Positions 37,256 through 47,021 are shown, counted from the first letter of the stretch. The stretch is 64,000 bases of DNA from an uncultured Bacillota bacterium (GCA_949299565.1 OX437086.1:102919-166918); one strand, 5' to 3'. Made by a program: numbers and translations. Notes: generated by a model not told the origin, from the letters alone.

Positions 37256-39292
37256 ATGAAGAAAAAAATTGTTCTAGCCTTAGGAATCGCTTCACTCGTC
37301 TCGTTAGCAGCCTGTGGTGAAACGCAAACTAGCAGCAGTTCCACTTCAGGAGGAAGCGGGGATAGCAGTTCGTCATCAAGTTCCGCGGCAACTGGACGCC
37401 GTGTCGAAATGACTCTCGAAAACAATGTCATTCCCGCTGGCACCAATTTCTTTGATGGGTGTCAACCAACCGTCATTTATTATGACGCCAATGAGAACGC
37501 GACTGATTACACAGATTGGAAAAATTACACCCGCTACACAATCACTAATGATGCCGGTGTAGAATTCTCGGCTGGAGACGCTCTTCCGGCCGGTCGCTAT
37601 ACGGCACAAGTTGTCTGTCAATCTCGAAGAACGACTGTCGATTTCACGGTAGAAAGCGGCACCGTAGTCGAAGGGGCTGAGGGATCCGGCTATAAAACTA
37701 TCTACGCTGAAGATTTTGACGGAATGGAAATTAGCAAGCATCCTAATGTCGGTACCCTTGGAGCCGGCAAATTCCCTGGCAAATCGGAAAACGGACGCAA
37801 TCCAAAGATGATTGTTGTTCCAGTCACTTTTTCAAATATTGTCAGTAATCCGCAATATGACTTCTCAGAAGAAGAAATCGATGTTATTGAAAAAGCCTTT
37901 TTTGGAGAGGCTGATGAAACGTCATGGCAGTCCTTACGTTCTTTCTACTACTCATCAAGTTATGGTAATCTCACAATTGATGGTATTGTAACTGATAAAT
38001 TCGTTGTCAGCATGACAACTGATGAAGCTGAACGTCAAGGTTCTGGCGCGGCTGCAACAATCGCTACACAAGCGGCCAACTGGTATTTCCAAAACCATCC
38101 AGAAGAAAAACGTACCGATTACGACTTTGACGGGGATGGCTATCTCGATGGAATTAACCTTATTTATAAAACGAATAAGGCCAACACTAACGAAGATGAG
38201 AACGCTAGCGACTTATGGTGGAATTACACTTCAACCACTGGCGCCAGCGCCAATGCATCAAATCCTCCGGCTTATCGTTATTTCTGGTCTCTCTACGAAT
38301 TCATTACGACCCCTTATTACAATGACGATCCCGTCATCGATGCTCACACCATCATTCATGAAAACGGACACTTAATCGGTCTCAACGACTACTATTCATA
38401 TGATCGCACTGAGCAAGGAGGCGCTACTGAAGGCGTCGCCGGCTGCGTTGACATGATGGATAACAACGTTGGCGATCACAATGCTTATTCGAAGATGCTT
38501 CTCAATTGGCTTCGAAAAGAAGATGGAAGCAACGACGGCTTAAACGTCATGTATGTTGATGGTTCTAATCCGAATTTCACATTAGAGCTCAATTCTTTCA
38601 CAGATACTGGCGATGTAGTTGTCATTAGAAACACGACAACCGATGCTTGGAATGAAACTCCTTACGATGAATATTTGATTCTTCAATATTATACGCCAAC
38701 CGGCGTTAATGAGGGCGACTCTAACGGTTATCGTGAATGGCAGGAGCTTCAATCACACGGCGGAACTTATGCCGACCCGGGTCTTCAAGTATTCCACATT
38801 GACGCCCGTCTCGGTGCTCAAATCGGGACCTACGACTTAGAAACAGGGAATCTTCTCTCTTATGAGTGGCAATACACCGACGAACTCAACGATGCAGCTC
38901 AACGTTTGGAAGATGGTACCTATATCGGTGCTTCCACTTTCCTCACTGATAATACTGGCTCACGTTCGCGGAACATTGTTGACGGCACAATTCAAAGCAA
39001 TTCCGCGTTCCGCGAAATTTCTGCTATCCTCAGTTCTGGTGTCAATGGTTTAAGCGGTTCCACTTACTACAATTTGTTCGGTGAAACTTCTAACTTATTC
39101 GGCACTGATACATATGCAGAAGAAATCAACGCAACCTATGGCGGCAACACCTACTCCAACTTCCAAGCTCGCGATTTCTACTCTAATGACTTAGTTTGGA
39201 ACGATGGAAGTGAATTTAACTGGACTTTCTCAGTTGAATCACAAGATGCTGATAGTTGCGTCATTCACTTTGTCGACAACTCCGCTATTTAA
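37256..39292 (+). CDS. M6-family-like zinc metalloprotease lipoprotein 2, with N-terminal Ig-like module
   Basis: Lipobox LAAC, Ser-rich linker, SLRSFYYSSSYG, DFDGDGYLD, HENGHLIGLNDYY, DMMDNNVGDH, EYLILQYYTP, FHIDARL; AAAGGAG RBS at ATG 37256. Confidence 0.83.
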   Translation: MKKKIVLALGIASLVSLAACGETQTSSSSTSGGSGDSSSSSSSAATGRRVEMTLENNVIPAGTNFFDGCQPTVIYYDANENATDYTDWKNYTRYTITNDAGVEFSAGDALPAGRYTAQVVCQSRRTTVDFTVESGTVVEGAEGSGYKTIYAEDFDGMEISKHPNVGTLGAGKFPGKSENGRNPKMIVVPVTFSNIVSNPQYDFSEEEIDVIEKAFFGEADETSWQSLRSFYYSSSYGNLTIDGIVTDKFVVSMTTDEAERQGSGAAATIATQAANWYFQNHPEEKRTDYDFDGDGYLDGINLIYKTNKANTNEDENASDLWWNYTSTTGASANASNPPAYRYFWSLYEFITTPYYNDDPVIDAHTIIHENGHLIGLNDYYSYDRTEQGGATEGVAGCVDMMDNNVGDHNAYSKMLLNWLRKEDGSNDGLNVMYVDGSNPNFTLELNSFTDTGDVVVIRNTTTDAWNETPYDEYLILQYYTPTGVNEGDSNGYREWQELQSHGGTYADPGLQVFHIDARLGAQIGTYDLETGNLLSYEWQYTDELNDAAQRLEDGTYIGASTFLTDNTGSRSRNIVDGTIQSNSAFREISAILSSGVNGLSGSTYYNLFGETSNLFGTDTYAEEINATYGGNTYSNFQARDFYSNDLVWNDGSEFNWTFSVESQDADSCVIHFVDNSAI

Positions 39293-39365
39293 TTTCGAGA
39301 AACTTAAAATAATTGTTGAGTTTTTATGAAAATAGGCTATTTTAGCCGCGAAAGGAAGGAAACTT

Positions 39366-41261
39366 ATGAAGAAAAAACTTCTGACTGCCACCTTAGCAGT
39401 CTTAGCAGGAGCCGGATTAGTGCTCGGTTCTTGCGGTGAAACTCCGACTAGTAGTTCAGCGGGCGATAGTTCATCCACTACTGATAGTTCTATCAATTCC
39501 GGTGACTCTAGCGACACAAGCAATGGCAATTCTAGCGACACAAGCAATGGCGACTCTAGTTCTTCTAGTAGTTCTGAAGGGACAAGCGCCTCTCAGATCA
39601 CTTGGAATCGGGGCGCCAGCACGGATTTAGTCATTGGCACTCCGTTAGATCTTACAACGGTTATCACGATTAACCCGAGCGGAGCCTCTATCGTTGAGGT
39701 CGAAGCAATCAGCGACAACGTCTCCGTGAACGGCACAACAATCGAAGCTACCGAAATCGGTGATTGGAGCATCCGTGTTTATGCTGGAAGTAATCGTCTC
39801 CCGCGCGTTTTCAACGGAAACGCCATCTCATCAGAACTCGCTGCGCTTCGCGAATTCGTTTCACAAGACATCAGTTCATTCACCGCTACTGCTTTCGCTT
39901 TAGACAGCAATCTCAGTAGTGTTGGTTATCTCTCAAGCGTTGTTCACGATGACCAATATGTCCTCTTTGCAGGTGACACAAACACTGAATGGAATGGTTA
40001 TGGTCAGATTGGAAATAATTTCTATTCAATTGCCTATAATTCTCAAAACGAGACAACTACTGTCGATCCCGGAAGTTATCCTCCGTTAGAGTGGTGGGCT
40101 GCTGGCCAAGGATGGACTCTTGAATCCTCTCAATTATCAGATGCTGGAACTAGCATTGAGGATAACTACGTATCAATTAGCGGCGAGGATCTCTACTACT
40201 TCTCGTTCTATAACTGCAGCCTTGGATTAAATTCACTCGCGCAATCCGAAGGCATCGTGACGGCCATCACTGATGAAACAAGCGGAGAAATTACCGCTAT
40301 TCAAGTTATTGCGCCTGTCAGTGAACTTTCAAGTATGGGCATTGTTGCTGTTGCCTATGTTTTAGAGGGCATCAATGAAGATTTTGCCCCTGCTCTCACT
40401 ACTTTCTTGGGCAATAACGAAAATGCCCCAGCTAAATTAGACAGCAACGGCTTTGAAGAAGCTCTCACCAGCATCGGTGCAGAAAAGAAGAGCTACACAA
40501 TCACTTCTTCGACAGAGCTTGGCTATTTCAACAATAGCGACGCTTGGGTTGAAACAACTGATCCTGCCGTCTATGCTGACCTTGCTTCTCGTGGTTGGGA
40601 ATTTACTTTCGCTGATTATACAGCCTACGTCACTGGCGAAGATTACGTTGCCATCGATGAAGAGGGCGCATTAACTGCTTATGTCATCAATGACAGCGAC
40701 AGTACCTTGCACCAAGTGCAAGGCACATATAGCGATGGTGTCGGTAGCAATTACTCTGATAGCGGCGCGATGAGCATCGATAGCATTTGGGCTGAAGGCA
40801 TCGGCATGAGCGATGGTATGGGCGGCGCGATTCCTGCTCCATTCACTCCTGTCGACATTACAGATGAACTTTTAGCGGCCAACGACTACTACTCTGTTAC
40901 TACTTCTGGAACTGTCACCACCATCGACATTTCTGCCTACTCTGATCTTGGCAATTTCTTAACCTATGTCTTAGCGACATTCATCCCGATCTCCGGAGCA
41001 ATTGACGCCTATTATTGCTCTGCTTTGCAGTTCACAGATATGCCGGACATGAACTGGTCTGCTGCCTTTGATTACTTCACGGCAACTTATGACAGCAGTA
41101 CCGGCAATATCAGTTTTGATGCTTATTTGAGCGGGTTGGCTATTGATGGTGACAACATGGTTGGTGTCCGCTGGACAAGCGAAGTGAGCAACATTGGTTC
41201 GACGACCGAAGCCTCGACAATCGCTGACGCGATTAACGCTGCTCTTTGGGCAACCGCGTAA
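39366..41261 (+). CDS. Large acidic lipoprotein of unknown function
   Basis: Lipobox LGSC, long Ser/Asp linker, Ig-like segment, highly acidic; AAGGAAGG RBS. Confidence 0.8.
   Translation: MKKKLLTATLAVLAGAGLVLGSCGETPTSSSAGDSSSTTDSSINSGDSSDTSNGNSSDTSNGDSSSSSSSEGTSASQITWNRGASTDLVIGTPLDLTTVITINPSGASIVEVEAISDNVSVNGTTIEATEIGDWSIRVYAGSNRLPRVFNGNAISSELAALREFVSQDISSFTATAFALDSNLSSVGYLSSVVHDDQYVLFAGDTNTEWNGYGQIGNNFYSIAYNSQNETTTVDPGSYPPLEWWAAGQGWTLESSQLSDAGTSIEDNYVSISGEDLYYFSFYNCSLGLNSLAQSEGIVTAITDETSGEITAIQVIAPVSELSSMGIVAVAYVLEGINEDFAPALTTFLGNNENAPAKLDSNGFEEALTSIGAEKKSYTITSSTELGYFNNSDAWVETTDPAVYADLASRGWEFTFADYTAYVTGEDYVAIDEEGALTAYVINDSDSTLHQVQGTYSDGVGSNYSDSGAMSIDSIWAEGIGMSDGMGGAIPAPFTPVDITDELLAANDYYSVTTSGTVTTIDISAYSDLGNFLTYVLATFIPISGAIDAYYCSALQFTDMPDMNWSAAFDYFTATYDSSTGNISFDAYLSGLAIDGDNMVGVRWTSEVSNIGSTTEASTIADAINAALWATA
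39507..39554. repeat. 24-bp tandem repeat x2 encoding the SSDTSNG(N/D) linker
   Basis: TCTAGCGACACAAGCAATGGC(AAT/GAC) twice. Confidence 0.8.
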
Positions 41262-41275
41262 GAAGTTGTTCTTAA

Positions 41276-41313
41276 TAAAAGAAAGCCTTGCATTTCGCAA
41301 GGCTTTTTATTTT
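41276..41313. terminator. Bidirectional intrinsic terminator
   Basis: AAAGCCTTGC-ATTTC-GCAAGGCTTT flanked by A and T tracts, between convergent genes. Confidence 0.85.
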
Positions 41314-42712
41314 ATTTATCCTTCGTCTTGTATTCTTTTAATAAGGCATTTAAATTTCGGATTTTATGTTTTAACTTCTGCTGTTCACTCGGTTTAAGAG
41401 TACGAACAAGTTTAATTTGAGCTTCTAAATCTGCAACTTTATTTGAAATAGAATAATTAGAGTTTGGCAAATTGCAGTCTAAATTTCGTTCATTCTTTTG
41501 AGCTTCTAGAAGTGCATCCGAGATCTTTTTTGTCTTTTTAGGAAGTGCTTGAACTTTTTTCGGCATGTTTTTCACGCGCGCTTTTGAAACGATAAGAACT
41601 TTATTGATGGTCAAACGATAGGTTTTGCCATCAAACGCATAAATAACTTCATATGGAAGCGTTATAAACTTCTTTTCGCCAATAAAGTTTTTAAGCGCAG
41701 AAACCCCTTTTTCAAAACGTGTTTTCGTGACATTAAGAGGACCATGAACAGCCGGAAGATATGGAACACTGTCGTCTCGAACAATGATGCCAAGAGAAGA
41801 AGCAACGCGCGTAAACAAGCGCTCAAGAGAACTATCTTCGCTTTTAAGAATTTCAGGATTTGTCAAAGCACGAGGCGGCATATCACGTCCTGAACGCATA
41901 GATACTAGAACAGCAACTGGAATTTCGCTTTTCTTTTTTAATTCTTCTTTTTCTTGAAGAAGCGCAGCTCTGTCTTTTTTTAAAAAAGAACGTAAATAAG
42001 GCGATAAGTTGTCGTATTCATTAATGTAAGCATCTAAGGCTTGCAGCCTTTCCTTTTTGCTAAGGTGCACATTATGAATAAGAGATAAAATTCTATGTTC
42101 TTTGGAGCATAAAGAACTTATGGCTATCGGTGCGGTTTTGGAATTTTCTTTTGTGTTTTTCTTGGTTCTTTGATGGTTATTATCACTACTTTTTTCTTCT
42201 TCGCCGGGATTTAATTCTAAATCACCGCCATTTTTAAGGCGATATACTTTTAAATACCGACCATTTTGCGATTTTAGGTTATTAAGACCATTCAAATCAT
42301 CTGAGAGTTTTTTATCTTGCGTGATAATGAGAATTTTCTTATCTCCTCTTAAAGAAGCAACTAACGAATAAAGCGCACGATCAGCAAAGCCTCTTTCATC
42401 AGCCTGAGGATAAACATCAAAAATCTTATTTTTCTTTTCTTTTTGATCTTGTTTTAGAATTTTCAATGCGCGTTTTGCGTCGATTCTTGCATCAGAGTTA
42501 TCTTTTTCGTGACGGTTCTTTTCTAATTCATTCAAGCATTCGGCGAGAATATAGGCTTTCGTTTCATCATGCCAATATTCGTGAGCAAGAACCAACTTAT
42601 CCATGAAAAGCGGAAAATTCTCATCCATCAAGGAACAGGTGTCAACGAACATATAATCAAAATTCGCCAGGAATTTTGCTAGGTTCGAGGAACTTGTTTC
42701 CTCTTTATACAT
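41312..42712 (-). CDS. PIN-domain putative ribonuclease with long basic C-terminal region
   Basis: MFVDTCSL, CLNELEK, FADRAL and IITQDKKL give the acidic PIN tetrad; AAAGGAGG RBS. Confidence 0.75.
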   Translation of the reverse strand: MYKEETSSSNLAKFLANFDYMFVDTCSLMDENFPLFMDKLVLAHEYWHDETKAYILAECLNELEKNRHEKDNSDARIDAKRALKILKQDQKEKKNKIFDVYPQADERGFADRALYSLVASLRGDKKILIITQDKKLSDDLNGLNNLKSQNGRYLKVYRLKNGGDLELNPGEEEKSSDNNHQRTKKNTKENSKTAPIAISSLCSKEHRILSLIHNVHLSKKERLQALDAYINEYDNLSPYLRSFLKKDRAALLQEKEELKKKSEIPVAVLVSMRSGRDMPPRALTNPEILKSEDSSLERLFTRVASSLGIIVRDDSVPYLPAVHGPLNVTKTRFEKGVSALKNFIGEKKFITLPYEVIYAFDGKTYRLTINKVLIVSKARVKNMPKKVQALPKKTKKISDALLEAQKNERNLDCNLPNSNYSISNKVADLEAQIKLVRTLKPSEQQKLKHKIRNLNALLKEYKTKDK

Positions 42713-42853
42713 TTTTATTAAAACCTCCTTTGATTTAATTTAGCACAAAAAAGACAAACATAGAAAGGCGTGTGATTCTTGTCGATGAATTGAAAACTCT
42801 GGGAAAAGGTTATTTACATTAAATTTTCATTTTCCCAAAAAACCCGATTTTTT

Positions 42854-42867
42854 TGAAAGCGTTTACT
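42854..42867. promoter_or_regulatory. Candidate cre (CcpA/LacI-family) operator
   Basis: TGAAAGCGTTTACT matches TGWAARCGYTWNCW in an intergenic region. Confidence 0.5.
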
Positions 42868-43028
42868 TTTATTCATTTTTTCTTTAGTGTTTATCGATGT
42901 TTTTAATGTAAGGGGTTTCTGAAAGGGATTTCTGAAAACCCTTTCTTGCTTACCCTACTTGTTTAAAAACTTTAAAAGCCTATATTGATGGCGGTCTTGA
43001 AAAAGAGACCATTAAGGAGGACCTAGAC

Positions 43029-43169
43029 ATGATCTATAAGTCGAACGCGAAAACCGTCAATTTAGATGAAGAACTTGACAGTTATTACAGCCTTAAACTT
43101 GAGAAGATCGCCGAACAAGGCCCCATCTTCTCGGATGACGAGGATTTTGTAAAACACGAAGATCGTTAA
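43029..43169 (+). CDS. Unannotated 46-aa acidic small protein
   Basis: AAGGAGG RBS 8 nt before ATG; MIYKSNAKTVNLDEELDSYYSLKLEKIAEQGPIFSDDEDFVKHEDR; own promoter candidate (TTGTTT-N16-TATATT) and terminator. Confidence 0.75.
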   Translation: MIYKSNAKTVNLDEELDSYYSLKLEKIAEQGPIFSDDEDFVKHEDR

Positions 43170-43182
43170 TTCATTTAGATTG

Positions 43183-43208
43183 AAGGACCGGGAAACCGGT
43201 CTTTTTTT
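43183..43208 (+). terminator. Intrinsic terminator
   Basis: GACCGG-GAAA-CCGGTC followed by T7. Confidence 0.88.
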
Positions 43209-43244
43209 GTACTTATTCGGATTGATGATAAAATCATAAGGCTT

Positions 43245-43913
43245 ATGAAAGACTTAGGACCAATCATCGGACATAATCTCGCTGAGTTACGCAAGGCACG
43301 AGGTCTCACGCAGCTCCAAGTCGCTGAGCATTTTCATTATACCGATAAAAGCGTTTCCAAATGGGAACACGGGGACGTCATTCCCGATATTGAAGTTCTC
43401 AGCGAATTGTCAGATTTTTACGGCGTCACGGTTGACTTTCTTATTCAAGAACAAGCCTCTGATACTTTGAAATCTTATGGCGAACGCGACCAGGAAAAAA
43501 TTAAGACAAACCAAATAATCATCACGGTTCTTGCTGTGGTGCTTGTGTGGACTTTGGCTTCAATAGTCTATGTAGGTGCTACAATCTTTGAAGCTTCTTG
43601 GCATGGCTGGCTAGCTTTCATATGGGCCATTCCCGGCTCTTTTATCGCTCTCAATTACACAAGCAAAAAATATTGGGGTTCGAGATTTCGCCTGCCGCTT
43701 CTTATCGCGATTGGTTGGACGTTAAATCTTGCGACATATCTAGAATTAACTTTCGATTTGGAAAATGGTTATAACTTATGGTTTATTTTCTTCCTCGGAA
43801 TCCCTTGGACTATTTGTGTAATCCTCATTGAGCGGCAAAAAAGCCTTAAAAAACTTAAATCCGTCAACGAGAATAAAGATGTTCTAGAAGATAATTCGTC
43901 TCTTCCCAATTAG
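43245..43913 (+). CDS. XRE-family HTH regulator with C-terminal TM helices
   Basis: LRKARGLTQ..VAE....SVSKWE.G..PDI followed by four TM segments. Confidence 0.85.
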   Translation: MKDLGPIIGHNLAELRKARGLTQLQVAEHFHYTDKSVSKWEHGDVIPDIEVLSELSDFYGVTVDFLIQEQASDTLKSYGERDQEKIKTNQIIITVLAVVLVWTLASIVYVGATIFEASWHGWLAFIWAIPGSFIALNYTSKKYWGSRFRLPLLIAIGWTLNLATYLELTFDLENGYNLWFIFFLGIPWTICVILIERQKSLKKLKSVNENKDVLEDNSSLPN

Positions 43914-44748
43914 CGATTTTTGCCTTTTCGAAAGCTAAATTGCATTGAAAAACGTGCTCTAATTTTTCTTTTTCATCGCTTTCATAAATTTTAAAAGCAT
44001 GGGGAATTTTCTTCTCATTAAGCACTTTATCAAAATAGATACTGTCATCCTTTAAGAAGTCATTATCCGCGGTCATAAGATAGATAGGCGGGAAATGATT
44101 CGGCAAATATTCAAGAGGATTGTAGCGAGGGTCTTGCGGATCATAATGCTTTGGCAAATACCATTTCGCGACTTGCATCGCCGCAGCGTTTGGACTATTT
44201 AGTCCGCGATAAGTTCCGCAGTTTAGACCATATCCTTTAATTGAAAGCGGGAATGAAAAAGGGAATAACGAAGCATAGTCTTTATTAGCAAGCATCACTC
44301 CGTATTGAAAAGCCATCTGGGCTCCTGCCGAATCGCCGATCAAAAAGATCTTGTTCAAGTCAAAAGCATAATCCTTCGCATGCTCTTTTGTAAAAAGCAA
44401 CACCTCATCTAAACATTTTAGTTGAAGAGGGAATTTATGCTCAGGCGCTAAAGGATAGGAATAAGAGATAACGGCAAAACCTAAAGAAGCAAGATAACGG
44501 CAATAAAGATAATAGGTTTCTTTTGTGCCGTACATCCAACCGCCACCATGGACATTAATGATTGTCGGCAGCAATTTGTCTTCTGAGGCTTCCGGACGAA
44601 AAACATCTAAAAGACCGTATTTCTTGTACGAGGGATTATAAATGACGTCTCGATAGTCTTTGACCCCTTCAACTGGTTTAATCTTCGCGTCACGCGCTTG
44701 ATCAACTTTTGCAATTTTATGACGAATATAACGAGCTAATAATGACAT
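43864..44748 (-). CDS. Alpha/beta hydrolase (HSL-family esterase/lipase)
   Basis: HGGGW, Y.LAPEH.FP, GDSAG, D and H catalytic residues. Confidence 0.9.
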   Translation of the reverse strand: MSLLARYIRHKIAKVDQARDAKIKPVEGVKDYRDVIYNPSYKKYGLLDVFRPEASEDKLLPTIINVHGGGWMYGTKETYYLYCRYLASLGFAVISYSYPLAPEHKFPLQLKCLDEVLLFTKEHAKDYAFDLNKIFLIGDSAGAQMAFQYGVMLANKDYASLFPFSFPLSIKGYGLNCGTYRGLNSPNAAAMQVAKWYLPKHYDPQDPRYNPLEYLPNHFPPIYLMTADNDFLKDDSIYFDKVLNEKKIPHAFKIYESDEKEKLEHVFQCNLAFEKAKIANWEETNYLLEHLYSR

Positions 44749-44766
44749 GTTTATATTTTAGCATCC

Positions 44767-44797
44767 AAAAAGAAAAAGAAGGGCTTTAACCCTTCTT
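44767..44797 (-). terminator. Intrinsic terminator overlapping the clpB stop
   Basis: AAGAAGGG-N6-CCCTTCTT followed by a T-rich tail on the minus strand. Confidence 0.6.
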
Positions 44798-46903
44798 GAT
44801 TTGTAGATTTGTTCCGTCATATTCCAAGAGATACGGAGTATTGATATGCAACTCTCCTTTGATGATTAATTCTGAAAGGAAAGTTTCAATCTTATCTTGA
44901 ATGAAGCGCTTCAAAGGACGCGCGCCATAGGTTTCTGAGTACGCTGATTCGAGAATCCAATCAACGAGCGAAGGAGCAAATTCCACATTGAAGTATTGTT
45001 CCGTGAGACGCACGTCTAATTCCTTCAACATCTTCTTCACGACTTTCCGTTGAACTTCATAACTAAGAGGCGAAAAATAAACAATCTCATCGATTCTATT
45101 TAAAAATTCCGGTTTAAAGGTATGTTCTAAAAGAAGTTTGACTTCTTCTTTCTTGCCTTCTAATAACAACTGGCTTCCTAAATTTGAAGTCATGATTATA
45201 ACTGTATTCTTAAAATCGATAAGACGTCCTTGTGAATCAGTCAAACGCCCTTCATCCAAAACTTGCAACAACAAATTGAAGACTTCGACATTCGCTTTCT
45301 CAATCTCATCGAAAAGCACGATTGAATAAGGATTCCGCCGCACTTTTTCTGTCAGTTGTCCCCCTTCCTCATAACCGACATAGCCCGGAGGCGCACCGAT
45401 AAGACGCGAAACCGAATATTTCTCCATGTATTCAGACATATCAATCCGAATAATGTTATTTTCGTTATCGAAAAGAGCCTCCGCTAAAGCCTTAGCCACT
45501 TCAGTCTTGCCGACACCGGTCGGTCCGAGAAACAAGAAAGAACCAATCGGACGATTAGGATTTTTAATGCCAGCTCTTTGACGAATGATTGCGTTGGCCA
45601 CAAGACGGATGGCCTCATCTTGTCCAATCACTCTCTTGCTCAATGTATCGCGAAGTTCTAAAACTTTTTCGCGGTCGCCCTTTTGAATTCTTGAAACAGG
45701 GATTCCTGTCATTCTCGCAACAATCTTTGCAATTTCTTCTTCATCAACCGTCTCAGAAACAATCCGTTCTTTATCGCGACTAGATTCAGTTAAGGCTGAA
45801 AGTTGTTTCTCAAGATCGGGGATTATTTGATATTGCAGTTTTGAAGCCTCGGCGTAATCGCCTCGCGAGAAATAAATAGCTAAATCAGAACGCGACTTCT
45901 CTAACTCTTTTTTTATTTCTTTGGCTTTTTGAATTTCTCCTTTTTCCTTTTCCCATTCATTTACCAACTTCGTCATCTGCTCTTTGGCTCTTGTAAGTTC
46001 ATCTTCAAGAGAAGAGAGGCGTTTCAAAGACGCTTCGTCCTTTTCTTTTTTAAGAGCAACCTTTTCAATCTCCAGTTGACGAACACGCCTATTCAATTCA
46101 TCTAATTCAGTCGGCATCGATTCAATCTCAACCTTAATGCCCGCGCACGCTTCATCGACCAAATCAATAGCTTTATCAGGCAAAAAGCGATTGGTAATGT
46201 AACGATTCGAAAGAGTTGCCGCGGCAACAAGCGCACCATCGGTAATTTTCACACCATGAAAACTCTCAAAGCGTTCCTTTAAACCGCGCAAAATAGATAT
46301 CGTGTCTTCCACTGTCGGTTCACCGACCATAATCGGCTGAAAACGACGTTCTAGAGATCGATCTTTTTCAATGTATTCTCGATATTCATTAAGAGTTGTC
46401 GCACCGATACAATCAATCTCTCCACGCGCTAATAGCGGCTTCAACATATTGGAAGCATCGAGCGCACCATCGCTTTTGCCAGCTCCAACAATTAAATGAA
46501 TTTCATCGATGAAAAGTATGATCTTGCCGTCCGAAGCCTTGATTTTATTGAGAACAGCCTTCAAGCGTTCCTCAAATTCGCCGCGATATTTAGCGCCAGC
46601 AACAAGCGCACCCATATCCAATTCATAGACTTCTTTATCTTTTAAAGTCGCCGGCACGTCATTTTTAACTATTCGCTCAGCTAATCCCTCGACAATCGCC
46701 GTTTTACCAACGCCCGGCTCCCCTAATAAAATGACATTATTTTTGGTTTTTCTCGCTAAAACCTGAATAACTTTTCGAATTTCCTCATCGCGTCCTATGA
46801 CAGGATCGACTTTAGAGGCCCGAACGTCATCGTTGATATTTCGCCCGAATTTGGCAAGGATGTTTTCATCATTTGCATAATCTTCCATTCCGTTGATTTC
46901 CAT
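44786..46903 (-). CDS. clpB: ATP-dependent disaggregase ClpB lacking the N-terminal Clp-repeat domain
   Basis: [27 protein letters not shown], long middle coiled coil, [19 protein letters not shown]. Confidence 0.92.
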   Translation of the reverse strand: MEINGMEDYANDENILAKFGRNINDDVRASKVDPVIGRDEEIRKVIQVLARKTKNNVILLGEPGVGKTAIVEGLAERIVKNDVPATLKDKEVYELDMGALVAGAKYRGEFEERLKAVLNKIKASDGKIILFIDEIHLIVGAGKSDGALDASNMLKPLLARGEIDCIGATTLNEYREYIEKDRSLERRFQPIMVGEPTVEDTISILRGLKERFESFHGVKITDGALVAAATLSNRYITNRFLPDKAIDLVDEACAGIKVEIESMPTELDELNRRVRQLEIEKVALKKEKDEASLKRLSSLEDELTRAKEQMTKLVNEWEKEKGEIQKAKEIKKELEKSRSDLAIYFSRGDYAEASKLQYQIIPDLEKQLSALTESSRDKERIVSETVDEEEIAKIVARMTGIPVSRIQKGDREKVLELRDTLSKRVIGQDEAIRLVANAIIRQRAGIKNPNRPIGSFLFLGPTGVGKTEVAKALAEALFDNENNIIRIDMSEYMEKYSVSRLIGAPPGYVGYEEGGQLTEKVRRNPYSIVLFDEIEKANVEVFNLLLQVLDEGRLTDSQGRLIDFKNTVIIMTSNLGSQLLLEGKKEEVKLLLEHTFKPEFLNRIDEIVYFSPLSYEVQRKVVKKMLKELDVRLTEQYFNVEFAPSLVDWILESAYSETYGARPLKRFIQDKIETFLSELIIKGELHINTPYLLEYDGTNLQIKKG

Positions 46904-46941
46904 ATTAATAGCCTCCTTCGGTCATAATCATAACACATAAA

Positions 46942-46968
46942 TTAGCAGTCGCAATATTAGAGTGCTAA
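46942..46968. promoter_or_regulatory. CIRCE element upstream of clpB
   Basis: TTAGCAGTC-N9-GAGTGCTAA, one mismatch to consensus. Confidence 0.92.
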
Positions 46969-47021
46969 AAAGTCTCTCTTTATTTTCCTTTAGCGCCCTT
47001 TATAATCTATGGTCGCTTTCT

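Noticed and set aside
30679-41261. Horizontally acquired island, suggested by higher GC
   Set aside because: The shift is explained by Lys-poor, Gly/Ser/Asp-rich protein composition; no mobility genes or att repeats.
42993-43208. 6S RNA or tmRNA interpretation of the ~215-nt transcript
   Set aside because: End-to-end pairing is weak, there is no tRNA-like domain, and a perfect SD plus ORF favours coding.
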